Shown here: one piece after another, positions 25,405 to 36,044 of the stretch
How positions within the stretch are numbered: the first letter of the stretch is position 1
Layout of the letters: each line of letters starts with the position of its first letter
Assembly: GCA_964521715.1 (NCBI GenBank)
Contig: CAZFSS010000015.1
Location: forward strand, 10,060 to 74,059
Direction: 5' to 3'
DNA length: 64,000 bases
Source: an uncultured candidatus Brocadiaceae bacterium
GTDB lineage: Bacteria > Planctomycetota > Brocadiia > SM23-32
Made by a program: the position numbers and the translations under genes
The notes under the pieces: generated by a model
Told to the model about the DNA's origin: nothing
Seen by the model: only the letters and a program-made list of their open reading frames with translations
Databases searched by the model: none

Positions 25405-26082
25405 ATGGACATTGCCGTTTACAGCATGGCCGGGCAGGTCATCGACCACATTGCGGTGGACGAATCGGCCCTGGGCGGCAGGCCCAACAGGACGCTGATT
25501 CGCGAGGCCATCGTGATGTACGAGGCCAACAGACGCGTGGGCACCGCCGCGGCGAAGACCCGCCACCAGGTGTCCGGCAGCGGACAGAAGCCCTGGCGTC
25601 AGAAGCATACGGGCAGGGCCCGGCACGGGACCCGCACCAGCCCCCTCTGGGTGGGCGGCGGCGTCACGCACGGCCCCAAACCGCGCGACTTCCGCAAGAT
25701 GATGACGAAGACTGCGCGGCGGCGCGCCCTCCACTCGGCCTTCCTGGCCAAGGCCCTGGACGGCCAGGTCCTGGTCCTGGACCGGCTGGAGTTGCCCCGG
25801 ATGAAGACGGGGGAGGTCGCGAAGGTCCTGAAGAACCTGGGCGTTGAGCGCACCTTCCTGATCGTGCTCCAGCAGGGCAGCCCCGACCTGTGGCGGTGTA
25901 CGAGGAATATCCAGGGCGCCGCCATGATGACGTGCGGCGACCTGAACGCCTACGAGATGATCCGGCCGCATCGGGTCATCTTTCTTTTGGGCGCAATCCA
26001 GGACTTCCTGGCGGATGCGTCTGGCGCGCAAGAGAGCGAGCAGCCCGCTGCCGAAGAAGTGGGGGTCGGCGAGGATGGATAG
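25405..26082 (+). CDS. rplD: 50S protein L4
   Basis: KPWRQKHTGRARHG, GGGVTHGPKPR. Confidence 0.97.
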   Translation: MDIAVYSMAGQVIDHIAVDESALGGRPNRTLIREAIVMYEANRRVGTAAAKTRHQVSGSGQKPWRQKHTGRARHGTRTSPLWVGGGVTHGPKPRDFRKMMTKTARRRALHSAFLAKALDGQVLVLDRLELPRMKTGEVAKVLKNLGVERTFLIVLQQGSPDLWRCTRNIQGAAMMTCGDLNAYEMIRPHRVIFLLGAIQDFLADASGAQESEQPAAEEVGVGEDG

Positions 26083-26359
26083 CCAGCAGGTTATCATTCG
26101 GCCCCTGCATACCGAAAGAAGTGTAGCAGACATCCGCTCGAACAATACGTACCATTTCGAAGTGGACCCTCGGGCGACCAAGACCCAGATTCGTCACGCC
26201 ATCGAGGAGCTCTTCCCGGGCCGCAGGGTCGTCGGCGTCAGGACCGTCTTCGTCAAAGGCAAGCGGCGGCGCGTCGGCTTCAACGTGGGACGGACGCCGG
26301 ACCGCAAGAAGGCCATCGTGCGGCTGCGGACGGGCGACGCCATAGACATCGGGTACTAA
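26075..26359 (+). CDS. rplW: 50S protein L23
   Basis: IIRPLHTE, ATKTQIR, KKAIVRL. Confidence 0.95.
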   Translation: MDSQQVIIRPLHTERSVADIRSNNTYHFEVDPRATKTQIRHAIEELFPGRRVVGVRTVFVKGKRRRVGFNVGRTPDRKKAIVRLRTGDAIDIGY

Positions 26360-26389
26360 GCGGCAGGCCACCGCAAGGAGCAGCAGACC

Positions 26390-27217
26390 GTGCCCATTAA
26401 GCAGTACAAACCGACTACTCCCGGCCGGCGGGGCATGAGCAGGTCCGACTTCTCCATGATCACGCGGGACAAGCCGGAGAAGTCGCTGCTTCGGCCTCTG
26501 AAGAGCAGCGGCGGCCGGAATAACTACGGCAGGACGACGGCGCGCTTCCGCGGCGGCGGGCACAAGCGGCGTTACCGCCTGATAGACTTCAAGCGGAAAA
26601 AGGACGGCGTGCCCGCCATGGTGGTCAGCGTGGAGTACGACCCGAACCGCAGCGCCCGCATCGCCCTGCTCGAGTACGAGGACGGGGAGAAGCGCTACAT
26701 CCTGGCGCCGGACAAGCTCCGGGTGGGCCGCAAGGTCGTCAGCGGGCCGGAAGCCGAGCCCAGGATCGGCAACTGCATGCCCCTGGGGCGCGTGCCCCTC
26801 GGGATGTTCGTGCACAACGTGGAGCTTGAGCCCGGCAGGGGGGCCCAGATCGTGCGCAGCGCCGGCGCTGCGGCGCAGGTGAGCGCCCGCGAGGGCGGGT
26901 ACGTGCACCTGATCCTGCCCAGCGGCGAGGTTCGCCGCGTCTCGTCGCCCTGCAAGTGCACGATCGGGCGCGTCAGCAACATCGAGCATCAGAACGTCAA
27001 GATAGGCAAGGCGGGCCGCTCGCGGTGGAAGGGCCGCAGGCCGCGCGTACGCGGTTCGGCGATGAACCCGGTCAGCCATCCCATGGGCGGCGGCGAGGGC
27101 CGGCGTGCAGGAGGCCGCCATCCCGTCGGCCCGACCGGCGTGCTCTCGAAGGGCGGAAAGACGCGTAAGCGACGCAAGCAGAGCGATCGCCTGATAGTCA
27201 GAAAGAGGAGAAAGTAA
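26390..27217 (+). CDS. rplB: 50S protein L2
   Basis: [29 protein letters not shown]. Confidence 0.98.
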   Translation: MPIKQYKPTTPGRRGMSRSDFSMITRDKPEKSLLRPLKSSGGRNNYGRTTARFRGGGHKRRYRLIDFKRKKDGVPAMVVSVEYDPNRSARIALLEYEDGEKRYILAPDKLRVGRKVVSGPEAEPRIGNCMPLGRVPLGMFVHNVELEPGRGAQIVRSAGAAAQVSAREGGYVHLILPSGEVRRVSSPCKCTIGRVSNIEHQNVKIGKAGRSRWKGRRPRVRGSAMNPVSHPMGGGEGRRAGGRHPVGPTGVLSKGGKTRKRRKQSDRLIVRKRRK

Positions 27218-27223
27218 CGCCTC

Positions 27224-27490
27224 GTGAGCAGATCACTCAAAAAAGGCCCTTACGTGGACGAGAAGCTCCTGCGCAAGGTCATGCGCCAGAAGGAGACGGG
27301 CGAGCGGGAGCCGATCCAGTGCTGGGCCAGGGCCTGCACCATCATCCCTGATTTTGTCGGGCATGCCTTCCTCGTGCACAACGGGAAGAGCTTCGACAGG
27401 GTCTTCATCAGCGAGGACATGGTGGGGCACAAGCTGGGTGAGTTCGCGGCGACGCGGACCTTCCGCGGGCACGGCGGGCGACGACGCTAG
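27224..27490 (+). CDS. rpsS: 30S protein S19
   Basis: [18 protein letters not shown]. Confidence 0.98.
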   Translation: MSRSLKKGPYVDEKLLRKVMRQKETGEREPIQCWARACTIIPDFVGHAFLVHNGKSFDRVFISEDMVGHKLGEFAATRTFRGHGGRRR

Positions 27491-27561
27491 CCGGGCCGGG
27501 TCCGAGGGGCGCAAGAGTGCGGGCCGCCGGGCAGGTGCTTGCGGGCGTGCGAGAGAGGACA

Positions 27562-27897
27562 ATGGAATTCGTGGCAAGGCACAGAGGCGCGCCGCTTTCG
27601 GCGCGGAAGGCCAGGCTGATCGTTGACATGATCCGTGGCAAGCACGTCAACGACGCCTTGCACATCCTGCGCGCCACGCCGAAGAGGGCCGCATACTTCG
27701 TCGACAGGGTGCTGCGTTCGGCGATGGCGAACGCCGACCAGAGCCTGGAGGCGGATATGGAGCAGCTCCGGATCTCAAGGGCGTGGGTCGACGGCGCGGC
27801 GATGCGCAAGAGGTGGCGGGCCAGCGCCCGAGGGCGCTCGGCGATCGAGCGCGCCCGCACGTGCCACATCAATATCGTCCTGGACGACGGGCAGTAA
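27562..27897 (+). CDS. rplV: 50S protein L22
   Basis: SARKARLIVDMIRGK, TCHINIV. Confidence 0.96.
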   Translation: MEFVARHRGAPLSARKARLIVDMIRGKHVNDALHILRATPKRAAYFVDRVLRSAMANADQSLEADMEQLRISRAWVDGAAMRKRWRASARGRSAIERARTCHINIVLDDGQ

Positions 27898-27908
27898 CGG
27901 GAGGTCCC

Positions 27909-28586
27909 ATGGGACAGAAGGTCCGGCCGACGGGATTCCGACTGGGCATCACGGAGGACTGGCGTTCGCACTGGGTCGCCAACAAGAAGATGTTCGGCGA
28001 GTACGTCGTCGAGGACGTGAGGATCCGCACGTACGTCAAGCACCACTACTACTACGCCGGCATATCCAAGACCGAGATACAACGCATCAGGGACAACGTG
28101 CACGTGAGGATTCACTGCGCCAGGCCCGGCCTGATCATCGGGCGGAGGGGCGTGGAGGTTGAGCGCCTCAAGAACGCCCTGGAGGAGCTGACGGGGCGCA
28201 ACGTGGAAGTGGCCATCCAGGAGGTGACGGCCCCCCTGCTGGACGCGCAGCTCGTGGCCGAGGACGTGGCCCAGCAGATCGAGCGGCGCGCTTCGTTCCG
28301 CCGCGCCATCCACCGGGCGGCCGAGATGACGATGATGGCCGGCGCGGTGGGCGTCAAGGTCCAGATGTCCGGCCGGCTTGGCGGCTCCGAGATGGCCCGC
28401 AAGGAGAAGGTCGAGCAAGGGAGCTACCCGCTGCACACGCTCTGCGCTCAGATCGACTACGGCTTCACCGAAGCGCGAACCAAGTACGGCAGCATCGGGG
28501 TGAAGGTGTGGATCAACCGCGGCTTGCTGCCCGAAGGCGAGACGCTGTACGACCAGCAGGAGCGTGACGATGGCCTTAATGCCTAG
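27909..28586 (+). CDS. rpsC: 30S protein S3
   Basis: MGQKVRPTGFRLG, GRLGGSEMAR. Confidence 0.98.
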   Translation: MGQKVRPTGFRLGITEDWRSHWVANKKMFGEYVVEDVRIRTYVKHHYYYAGISKTEIQRIRDNVHVRIHCARPGLIIGRRGVEVERLKNALEELTGRNVEVAIQEVTAPLLDAQLVAEDVAQQIERRASFRRAIHRAAEMTMMAGAVGVKVQMSGRLGGSEMARKEKVEQGSYPLHTLCAQIDYGFTEARTKYGSIGVKVWINRGLLPEGETLYDQQERDDGLNA

Positions 28587-28989
28587 AAGGGTCAAGCACC
28601 GCAAGTTCCAGCGGGGCAACATGAAGGGAAAGGCCACGCGCGGCAACCGCGTAGTCTTCGGCGACTACGGCCTGCAGTCGCTCGGGCGGGGCTGGATCAC
28701 CGGCGAGCAGATAGAGGCCGGGCGGCTGGCCGTGATGCACTTCTTGCGGCGCGAGGGAAAGCTGACGATCCGCATCTTCCCGCACAAGAGCGTGACGGCC
28801 AGGCCCGCCGAGACGAGGATGGGCAAGGGCAAGGGTGAACCGGCGCACTGGGTGGCGGAAGTCAAGCCCGGCACGATCCTGTTCGAACTGAGCGGCGTCC
28901 CCGAGGCCCTTGCCGTCGCCACGTTCGCGCGCATCGCGCACAAGATGCCGGTCAAGACCAGGCTGGCCCGTCGGAGGGTGCAGGTATGA
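28570..28989 (+). CDS. rplP: 50S protein L16
   Basis: MPRRVKHRK, RMGKGKG. Confidence 0.98.
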   Translation: MALMPRRVKHRKFQRGNMKGKATRGNRVVFGDYGLQSLGRGWITGEQIEAGRLAVMHFLRREGKLTIRIFPHKSVTARPAETRMGKGKGEPAHWVAEVKPGTILFELSGVPEALAVATFARIAHKMPVKTRLARRRVQV

Positions 28990-29216
28990 AGGCCAAGGAG
29001 CTCAGAGGCAGGGATGCCCAGGACCTCCGGCGCGAGCTGGGCCAGTTGCAGCGGGAGCTGTTCGACCTGAGGTTCCAGTGGCAGGCCGAGGAGAATCCCG
29101 ACAGCAGCCGGCGGCAGCGCCTCAGGAGAGATATCGCCAGATACATGACCGTCCTGCGCGAAATGGAACTGCAGCAGCAGGCAGCCGCTGAGTCGCAGGG
29201 CCAGGTTTCCGGATAG
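28986..29216 (+). CDS. rpmC: 50S protein L29
   Basis: KAKELR...ELFDLRFQ...RRDIAR. Confidence 0.95.
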   Translation: MKAKELRGRDAQDLRRELGQLQRELFDLRFQWQAEENPDSSRRQRLRRDIARYMTVLREMELQQQAAAESQGQVSG

Positions 29217-29232
29217 GTGTCAGGTGCCCAGG

Positions 29233-29559
29233 ATGAGCGAGAGAATCCGTAAGGCCAGGAAAAGGACCCAGGGCGTGGTCAAGAGCGACAAGATGGATCA
29301 GACCGTCACGGTCTCCGTCGAGCGTCTCGTGAAGCACCCGCGCTACGGCAAGTACGTCCGGCGCAACAGCACCTTCATGGCCCACAACGCCCACAACCTG
29401 GCCAGGGAAGGCGACGTGGTCGAGATAGAGAGCACCAGGCCCCTGTCCAAGAACAAGCGCTGGCGCCTGGTGCGGATAGTGCGGCGCGCCGCCGGCACGC
29501 TCCCGGGCACTGTGGCCGTGCAGGAACCGCAGGAGAACGTGCCCGAGCCGGAAGCGTGA
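29233..29559 (+). CDS. rpsQ: 30S protein S17
   Basis: GVVKSDKMDQT, TRPLSKNKRW; start 29224 or 29233. Confidence 0.96.
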   Translation: MSERIRKARKRTQGVVKSDKMDQTVTVSVERLVKHPRYGKYVRRNSTFMAHNAHNLAREGDVVEIESTRPLSKNKRWRLVRIVRRAAGTLPGTVAVQEPQENVPEPEA

Positions 29560-29587
29560 TGGCATACGTCGTCTGAGGGTTGGTGTG

Positions 29588-29956
29588 ATGATCCCTGAAC
29601 AGACAGTCCTGGACGTGGCCGACAACACGGGCGCCCGCGCCGTGCGCTGCTTCAAGGTGCTCGGCGGCAGCCGGCATACCTACGGTGCCGTCGGCGACGT
29701 CGTGGTCGGCAGCGTTATCAAGGCCATCCCCGGCAGCGACATCCAGAAGGGCGAGATCGTGCGGGGCGTCATCGTCCGCACCAAGGCCGCCATACGAAGG
29801 GAAGACGGCAGCTACGTGCGGTTCGACCGCAACGCCATGGTGATCCTGCAGCCGGACGGCAACCCCAGGGGCACGCGCATCTTCGGCGCCATCCCCAGGG
29901 AACTGCGGTACAAGAATTACATGCGCATCATCAGCCTGGCAAGCGAGGTAGTCTAG
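29588..29956 (+). CDS. rplN: 50S protein L14
   Basis: VADNTGA, GTRIFG. Confidence 0.98.
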   Translation: MIPEQTVLDVADNTGARAVRCFKVLGGSRHTYGAVGDVVVGSVIKAIPGSDIQKGEIVRGVIVRTKAAIRREDGSYVRFDRNAMVILQPDGNPRGTRIFGAIPRELRYKNYMRIISLASEVV

Positions 29957-29971
29957 GACGGCGGGACAGCA

Positions 29972-30319
29972 ATGAAGCCCAAGCTGCACGTCATGAGCGG
30001 CGACACGGTGCAAGTGACCGCCGGAAACGCCCAGGGCGCCCGGGGCAGGATCCTTAGAGCCATCCCCTCGTCGGGGAGGGTAGTGGTTGAGGGAGTCAAC
30101 TTCGTCTGGAAGCACATCCGCCCCAGCCGCGAGCATCCCAAGGGCGGGCGCATACAGATCGAGGCGCCCATACACGTATCCAACGTGGCCCTCATCTGCG
30201 CAAACAGGGAGTGCGCGAAGTACGACAAGCCCGTTCGCATCAGAAAGGTCGTCAACGAGGGCGGCCGGAAGGTGCGCGTGTGCGCCAAGTGCGGCGCGGA
30301 GATACCCACGGCGGAGTAG
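29972..30319 (+). CDS. rplX: 50S protein L24
   Basis: VVVEGVN, EAPIHVSNV. Confidence 0.96.
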   Translation: MKPKLHVMSGDTVQVTAGNAQGARGRILRAIPSSGRVVVEGVNFVWKHIRPSREHPKGGRIQIEAPIHVSNVALICANRECAKYDKPVRIRKVVNEGGRKVRVCAKCGAEIPTAE

Positions 30320-30362
30320 CCCGGCCACGGCCGGCCCGCCGTAAGCACCGCGGGAACGTGAA

Positions 30363-30941
30363 ATGAGCGAAACAGGCCAGACCACGGCGACGGATGCGCA
30401 CGAGCCCCGGCTGAAGGACCGCTTCAAGCGCGAGGTGGTGCCGCGCCTGATGGAGCGGTTCGGGCTTTCGAACCCCATGGCAGCGCCGCGGCTTGAGAAG
30501 ATCGTGCTGAACATGGGCATCGGCGAAGCCGTCGGCGACCAGACGCTCATGGAGGATGCCGTCGAGGCCCTGCGGTCGATCACCGGCCAGCAGCCGGTCC
30601 TGACGCGCGCGCGCCGCAGCGTGGCCGGCTTCCGCCTGCGCCGCGGCATGCCGATCGGCTGTAAGGTTACGCTGCGCGGCACCCGGATGTACGAGTTTCT
30701 TGACCGCCTTGTCAGCATCGTCCTGCCGCGAGTGCGCGACTTCCGGGGCCTGTCCCCGAACGCCTTCGACGGCTCCGGCAACTACAGCCTTGGAATCGCC
30801 GAGGTGGCCGTGTTCTCCGAATTGGACCTGGACAAGCTGAAAAGGATCTACGGCCTGGACATCACCGTCGTGACCACGGCGAGGACGGACCAGGAAGGTT
30901 TCGAACTCCTAAGTCTGCTCGGCGTGCCCTTCCGGCAGTAG
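30363..30941 (+). CDS. rplE: 50S protein L5
   Basis: [18 protein letters not shown]. Confidence 0.98.
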   Translation: MSETGQTTATDAHEPRLKDRFKREVVPRLMERFGLSNPMAAPRLEKIVLNMGIGEAVGDQTLMEDAVEALRSITGQQPVLTRARRSVAGFRLRRGMPIGCKVTLRGTRMYEFLDRLVSIVLPRVRDFRGLSPNAFDGSGNYSLGIAEVAVFSELDLDKLKRIYGLDITVVTTARTDQEGFELLSLLGVPFRQ

Positions 30942-30987
30942 GGCGGCCCGCGAGGTCGCCGGCGGAGGAGACGGAACGGACCTTGAT

Positions 30988-31173
30988 ATGGCTCGGAAAG
31001 CGCTTATAGAGAAATCATTGCGCAAGCCGAAGTTCGCAGTGCGCCATCGGAACAGGTGCAGGCTGTGCGGGCGCCCGCGTGGCTACTTGCGGAAGTTCCG
31101 CATCTGTCGGATCTGTTTCCGTAAGCTGGCCAGCGCAGGCGAAATACCGGGCGTGAGGAAGGCCAGCTGGTAG
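30988..31173 (+). CDS. rpsN: 30S protein S14, Zn-binding type Z
   Basis: 61 aa, CRLC...CRIC. Confidence 0.97.
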   Translation: MARKALIEKSLRKPKFAVRHRNRCRLCGRPRGYLRKFRICRICFRKLASAGEIPGVRKASW

Positions 31174-31268
31174 GCGTCCCCCCCGGCCGCGCCGGCGGGC
31201 GGCTCGGGGCCGACGGCCGGCCCGGGCAGGCACGCGGACTTCGGCCGGGGCTACAGAGGCGACCAGAC

Positions 31269-31664
31269 ATGATGACAGACCCCATTGCGGACATGCTGAC
31301 CCGTCTGCGCAACGCGATTCAGATCGGCGAGGAGTCGCTCGAGATGCCGTCGTCCACGGTCAAGGAGAGCATTGCGCGCGTGCTCCGGGACGAGGGATTC
31401 ATCGAAGACTACCGGGCGGCCGGTGAAGAACCTGTCCGGCTGCTCAAGATCTACCTGAAGTACGGTCCGCTGGGCGAGAAGGTCCTGCAGGAGGTCAAGC
31501 GCGTCTCGAAGCCCAGCCGGCGTGTCTACCGGTCCGCAAGGACGCTTGGCCATGTGCGCGACGGCCTGGGCATCTACGTCGTCTCGACCAACAAGGGCGT
31601 CCTGAGCGACCGCGAGTGCCGCAAGCTCAACGTCGGCGGCGAGGTGCTGTGCTCCGTGTTCTGA
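31269..31664 (+). CDS. rpsH: 30S protein S8
   Basis: MTDPIADMLTR, STNKG. Confidence 0.98.
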   Translation: MMTDPIADMLTRLRNAIQIGEESLEMPSSTVKESIARVLRDEGFIEDYRAAGEEPVRLLKIYLKYGPLGEKVLQEVKRVSKPSRRVYRSARTLGHVRDGLGIYVVSTNKGVLSDRECRKLNVGGEVLCSVF

Positions 31665-31710
31665 CGGCTTCGGCCGCCGGCTCGGCCCAAGGCGAGGAGA
31701 GCGAGAAGAG

Positions 31711-32286
31711 ATGTCGCGCGTTGGACAGCAACCGATCACCGTGCCGCGAGCCGTCCAGGTCGAGCTGGACGGCAACCGCCTGAAGCTCAAGGGCAAGCTG
31801 GGCGAGCTTGAGCACGAGCTGCCGGAAGGGCTGGAAGTCGTCTTCGCGGATGGTGGAGGCCGTCTGGAGGTCACCCGCAAGAGCGAGGCCCGCGGCATCC
31901 GCGCGATGCACGGGCTGCATCGGGCGTTGATCGCCAATAAGGTGCAGGGCGTCGCCGAGGGCTTCTCCAAGCGCCTGGAGATATACGGCACCGGCTACAA
32001 CGTGAACCTCCGGGGCAACACGCTCGTCCTGCAGGTGGGCTTCTGCCACGAGGTCACGTTCGACCTGCCTGAGGGCGTCACGGTGCAGATAGAGCAGAAC
32101 GCCGCCCAGGTGGACCGCCCCGCCCGGTTCGTCGTCCGGGGAATCGACAAGGGGGTAGTGGGCCAGTTCGCCGCGAAGGTCCGCGCCGTCCGGCCTCCCG
32201 AGCCTTACAAGGGCAAGGGCGTCAGGTACGAGGGCGAGTACGTCCGTCGCAAGGAAGGCAAGGCGTTCACCGGACTGGAGCGATAG
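31711..32286 (+). CDS. rplF: 50S protein L6
   Basis: MSRVG, RPPEPYKGKG. Confidence 0.98.
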   Translation: MSRVGQQPITVPRAVQVELDGNRLKLKGKLGELEHELPEGLEVVFADGGGRLEVTRKSEARGIRAMHGLHRALIANKVQGVAEGFSKRLEIYGTGYNVNLRGNTLVLQVGFCHEVTFDLPEGVTVQIEQNAAQVDRPARFVVRGIDKGVVGQFAAKVRAVRPPEPYKGKGVRYEGEYVRRKEGKAFTGLER

Positions 32287-32333
32287 CGCACGGGGTCTGA
32301 CCCCTCTGAACGGCACACGAGGCCCAGCGACAC

Positions 32334-32717
32334 ATGAGCAAGACCAAAGAGAAGATCCTGCGCAGGGAGCGGCGCCATCGCCACGTGCGCAAGAAGGTGG
32401 AGGGCACCTCGGAACGGCCGCGCCTGTGCGTGTTCCGCAGCAACAAGCATATCTACGCCCAGGTCATTGACGATTGGGCTCAGCACACGCTCGTGAGCTG
32501 CTGCTCTCTCAGTCCGGAGCTGAGGGAGGAAGGCAAGCACGGCGGCAACGTCCCGGCGGCCGCCAGAGTCGGCGCGCTCATCGGCCGCAGGTGCATCGAA
32601 AAGGGCATAGCGGCCGTCGTCTTTGACCGCGGCGGCTATCGCTACCACGGCCGGGTCAAAGCCCTGGCGGAAGCCGCCCGAGAGCAGTTCAGGCAAGCCG
32701 GCGCCGAAGGCTTCTGA
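32334..32717 (+). CDS. rplR: 50S protein L18
   Basis: [27 protein letters not shown]. Confidence 0.98.
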   Translation: MSKTKEKILRRERRHRHVRKKVEGTSERPRLCVFRSNKHIYAQVIDDWAQHTLVSCCSLSPELREEGKHGGNVPAAARVGALIGRRCIEKGIAAVVFDRGGYRYHGRVKALAEAAREQFRQAGAEGF

Positions 32718-32757
32718 GCCCCGGCGCGGCAGGAAGCAGCGAGCACACGGAGGCAAC

Positions 32758-33324
32758 ATGTCGGACAGGCACGAAGAAGGCGGGCTCAAGGATGAGGTCA
32801 TCTCCATCCGCTTTCACACCAAGGTAACGAAAGGCGGCCGCAAGCTCAGCTGCGCGGCTCTCGTGGCCGTTGGCGACGGTCAGGGCAAGGTGGGGCTCGG
32901 CTATGGCACGGCCACCGGCGTCCCCATGGCCATCGAGAAGGGCGTCAAGGAAGCCCGCGCGAACATGAAGAAGGTGTGCCTGGTGGGCGACACCGTGGGC
33001 CACACCGTCGTCGGGAAACACGACGCCGCACGCGTGCTGCTCAAGCCCGCCAGCCCGGGCACGGGCGTCAAGGCCGGAAGCACGGTGCGGGCCGTCCTCC
33101 GGGTGGCCGGCGTTCACAACGTGCTCAGCAAGGTGTACGGCAACACCAATCCGGTCAACGTGGCGAAGGCCACGCTGAACGCGCTGCGCAAGGTGCGGTC
33201 GGCCGAGGAAGTGGCCAAGCTGCGCGGCGTTGACGTTCGGTTGTTCCACCCGCAGAGCCCGGCGACCCCCCGGCGGGCGGCGGAGACCGCCCCCCGTGGC
33301 AGGGATGCCGAGCCGCGGGCGTGA
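32758..33324 (+). CDS. rpsE: 30S protein S5
   Basis: KVTKGGR, PASPGTG, GNTNPVNV. Confidence 0.97.
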   Translation: MSDRHEEGGLKDEVISIRFHTKVTKGGRKLSCAALVAVGDGQGKVGLGYGTATGVPMAIEKGVKEARANMKKVCLVGDTVGHTVVGKHDAARVLLKPASPGTGVKAGSTVRAVLRVAGVHNVLSKVYGNTNPVNVAKATLNALRKVRSAEEVAKLRGVDVRLFHPQSPATPRRAAETAPRGRDAEPRA

Positions 33325-33361
33325 CCAAAGCCCTCTGGCGTGATCGGGGCGGAGAGAACAG

Positions 33362-33871
33362 ATGGACATCTCAGAAGCCAAACGGCGCGTGCAGCCGCGC
33401 CCGAACAAGAAGCGCGTTGGACGCGGCGCGGGCAGCGGCCACGGACGCACTTCCGGACGAGGTCACAAGGGCGCTCGCTCGCGCACCGGCTGGACCTCCC
33501 GCGGGATGACCGGGGGCGTCGGGTCGTGGTGGCGCCGCCTGCCCAAGAGGGGCTTCTCCAACGCGCCCTTCAAGACGACGTACAGCGTGGTCAACGTCGG
33601 CCAGTTGAGCCGTTTTGCCCCCGGCTCGCTCGTCACCCCGGAAGAGCTGCGTAAGTCGGGCATGGCCAAACAGATGCCCGACGGCGGCGTCAAGATCCTC
33701 GGCGACGGCGAGCTGGACCGGCCTCTGACCGTCAGGGCTCATGCCTTCAGCGCCAGCGCCGTCGCGAAGATCGAGGGGGCCGGCGGAGCCGTGGAGAGGA
33801 TACCCGGGCCCCGGCCGCCCGTGCGCCACAAGATGAAGGCCAAGAAGCCTGCTCGGGACGTCACCTCGTAA
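33362..33871 (+). CDS. rplO: 50S protein L15
   Basis: RVGRGAGSGHGRTSGRGHKG, RRLPKRGF. Confidence 0.97.
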   Translation: MDISEAKRRVQPRPNKKRVGRGAGSGHGRTSGRGHKGARSRTGWTSRGMTGGVGSWWRRLPKRGFSNAPFKTTYSVVNVGQLSRFAPGSLVTPEELRKSGMAKQMPDGGVKILGDGELDRPLTVRAHAFSASAVAKIEGAGGAVERIPGPRPPVRHKMKAKKPARDVTS

Positions 33872-33906
33872 GGGCACTCGCGCGCCGACCGCGTGAGGAC
33901 GTGCAC

Positions 33907-35304
33907 ATGAGCGTACTGGAACACCTGGCGAACCTCTGGCGCATTCGCGACCTTCGCCGGAAGATCCTGATCACCGCCGCCCTGCTCGCCGTCTGCCGCG
34001 TCGGCGTCTACATCCCGCTGCCCGGCATTGACGTCCAGGCGCTCAGGGCGTTCCTGGGCAGGATCAGCGACACGGCGGGCGGCCACGTGATGGGACTGAT
34101 CAACCTGTTCGCCGGCGGTGCATTGTACCAGGGCGCCATCTTCGGCCTCGGCATCATGCCCTACATCAGCGCCTCGATCATCTTCACGCTCCTGGCGAAC
34201 GTCGTCCCAAGCCTCGAAGCGATACGCAAAGAAGGCGCAGCCGGCCAGAAGAAACTCAACCAGTACACGCGCATCGCCACCGTCTTCATCTGCCTGTTCC
34301 AGGGCGCTGTCGTGATACGCGGTCTCTACGGATTCGGCGTCATCCCCGAAGCCGTCGCCGAGAGCTGGCTTGCCTCGCTCAAGCTCATGGTTACCAGCGG
34401 CTTCCTGCTCACGGTGGGGACCATGTTCCTGATGTGGATTGGCGAGCAGATCGACGAGCACGGCATCGGCAACGGCATATCGCTGATCATCACGGTGAAC
34501 ATACTGGCCCGATTGCCCAATGGCATACAGAGCCTGGCGCTCCAGATAAGGAACGCCGAGAGCCAGCAGAACGCAATCCTCAAGGTGGTGCTGCTGCTGG
34601 CCCTCTTCATCGGCGTCGTCATGGCCATCGTCTACATCACCCGGGGGGAACGCCGGATCCCCGTCCAGCAGCAGAAGCACGTGCGCGGTCCCCGGGTCTA
34701 CGGCGGCCAGAAGCACTATCTGCCGCTGCGGGTCAACCAAGCGGGCGTGATGCCCATCATCTTCGCTTCGGCGCTGCTGATGTTCCCGCAGATCATTGCC
34801 GGCTCGGCCGAGCGGGCCCTGTCGGGCAATCCCGACGGCTTCTGGTACAAGTTCTTCGTGGTCATCAGCGACGCAATCTCCCGGCAGAGCCCCACGATCA
34901 CGTACGTGACGCTTTACGGCCTGCTGATCTTCTTCTTCTGCTACTTCTGGACGGCAGTGATGTTCAACCCGCACGAGATGAGCGAGAACCTCCAGAGCTA
35001 CGGCAGCTTCATCCCCGGCATCCGGCCTGGCAAGCGCACGGCCAACTACCTGGAGGGCATCATGAACCGCGTCACGCTGGCCGGCAGCGCGTTCCTGCTG
35101 ATCATCGCCATCATGCCCATGATGGTGATGTCCGCCCTCGGAGTGAATTGGGGAATCGCTGCCTTCTACGGCGGCACCAGCATCCTGATCGTCGTCGGCG
35201 TGACGCTGGACCTCGTGAGCAAGATAAACGAACACCTCGAGATGCGGCGCTACAGCGGGTTCGCCGCCGGCGTCGGCGGCCGGCGCAGAAGCAGGCGGCG
35301 TTGA
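33907..35304 (+). CDS. secY: Preprotein translocase SecY
   Basis: LGIMPYISASI, PIIFAS, FIPGIRPG, GGTSILI. Confidence 0.98.
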   Translation: MSVLEHLANLWRIRDLRRKILITAALLAVCRVGVYIPLPGIDVQALRAFLGRISDTAGGHVMGLINLFAGGALYQGAIFGLGIMPYISASIIFTLLANVVPSLEAIRKEGAAGQKKLNQYTRIATVFICLFQGAVVIRGLYGFGVIPEAVAESWLASLKLMVTSGFLLTVGTMFLMWIGEQIDEHGIGNGISLIITVNILARLPNGIQSLALQIRNAESQQNAILKVVLLLALFIGVVMAIVYITRGERRIPVQQQKHVRGPRVYGGQKHYLPLRVNQAGVMPIIFASALLMFPQIIAGSAERALSGNPDGFWYKFFVVISDAISRQSPTITYVTLYGLLIFFFCYFWTAVMFNPHEMSENLQSYGSFIPGIRPGKRTANYLEGIMNRVTLAGSAFLLIIAIMPMMVMSALGVNWGIAAFYGGTSILIVVGVTLDLVSKINEHLEMRRYSGFAAGVGGRRRSRRR

Positions 35305-35345
35305 GCGGCGAGCGCTCCCTTGCCCCGGCCGGAGGATGGACAGCC

Positions 35346-35996
35346 GTGAAACTCGTCTTCCTGGGACCTCCGGGCGCAGGCAAGGGAACGCAGGCCGAGC
35401 GCCTGGGCGGGCAGTTCGGCCTCGTGCATGCCAGCACGGGAGACATCTTCCGGCAGGCCGTGGCCGAGCGGTCGGAGCTCGGCAAGACCGTGAAGGACTA
35501 CCTCGACGGTGGCAGGCTCGTGCCGGACGCGGTGACCTCGCGCGTCGTCGGCGAGATGGTGCTCGCCAGGACGGACGACTACATCCTGGACGGCTATCCC
35601 CGCACGCTCCAGCAGGCGCGGGATCTGGATGGCATGCTGCGGGAGCGCGGCGAGCGGCTGGATGCGGTCCTCTACTTCCACATTGGCGACGAGGAGGCCG
35701 TCCGGCGCCTGACGGGCAGGCTGGTCTGCACCGGGTGCGGAGCGAATTACCACAGGCAGTTCATGCCCCCTCGGGTCGAAGGGGCCTGCGACAAGTGCGG
35801 CGGCGCGCTCGCCGTCCGGAGCGACAGCGCGGAGAACGTCGTCCGGAAGCGACTGCGCGAATACCACGTGAAGACTCGGCCGCTGGTGGAGTTCTACAGG
35901 GAGCGCGGGCTGATCGAGCAAGTCGATGCCTCGGCGCCGCCGGATGAGGTGGCCCGGCGCACGGAAGCCGTCCTGAGCGGGATCGCCGAAGGCTGA
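35346..35996 (+). CDS. adk: Adenylate kinase (Zn-lid)
   Basis: GPPGAGKGTQ, LDGYPR, CTGC...CDKC. Confidence 0.97.
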   Translation: MKLVFLGPPGAGKGTQAERLGGQFGLVHASTGDIFRQAVAERSELGKTVKDYLDGGRLVPDAVTSRVVGEMVLARTDDYILDGYPRTLQQARDLDGMLRERGERLDAVLYFHIGDEEAVRRLTGRLVCTGCGANYHRQFMPPRVEGACDKCGGALAVRSDSAENVVRKRLREYHVKTRPLVEFYRERGLIEQVDASAPPDEVARRTEAVLSGIAEG

Positions 35997-36044
35997 GCCC
36001 GGGGACGGCGGCCGCAGGCTGCCCCGGCCGCGTGAGGAGGCGGG

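Noticed and set aside
33325-33361. rpmD (L30) missing between rpsE and rplO
   Set aside because: Known absence in several lineages including PVC members; used only as a taxonomic hint
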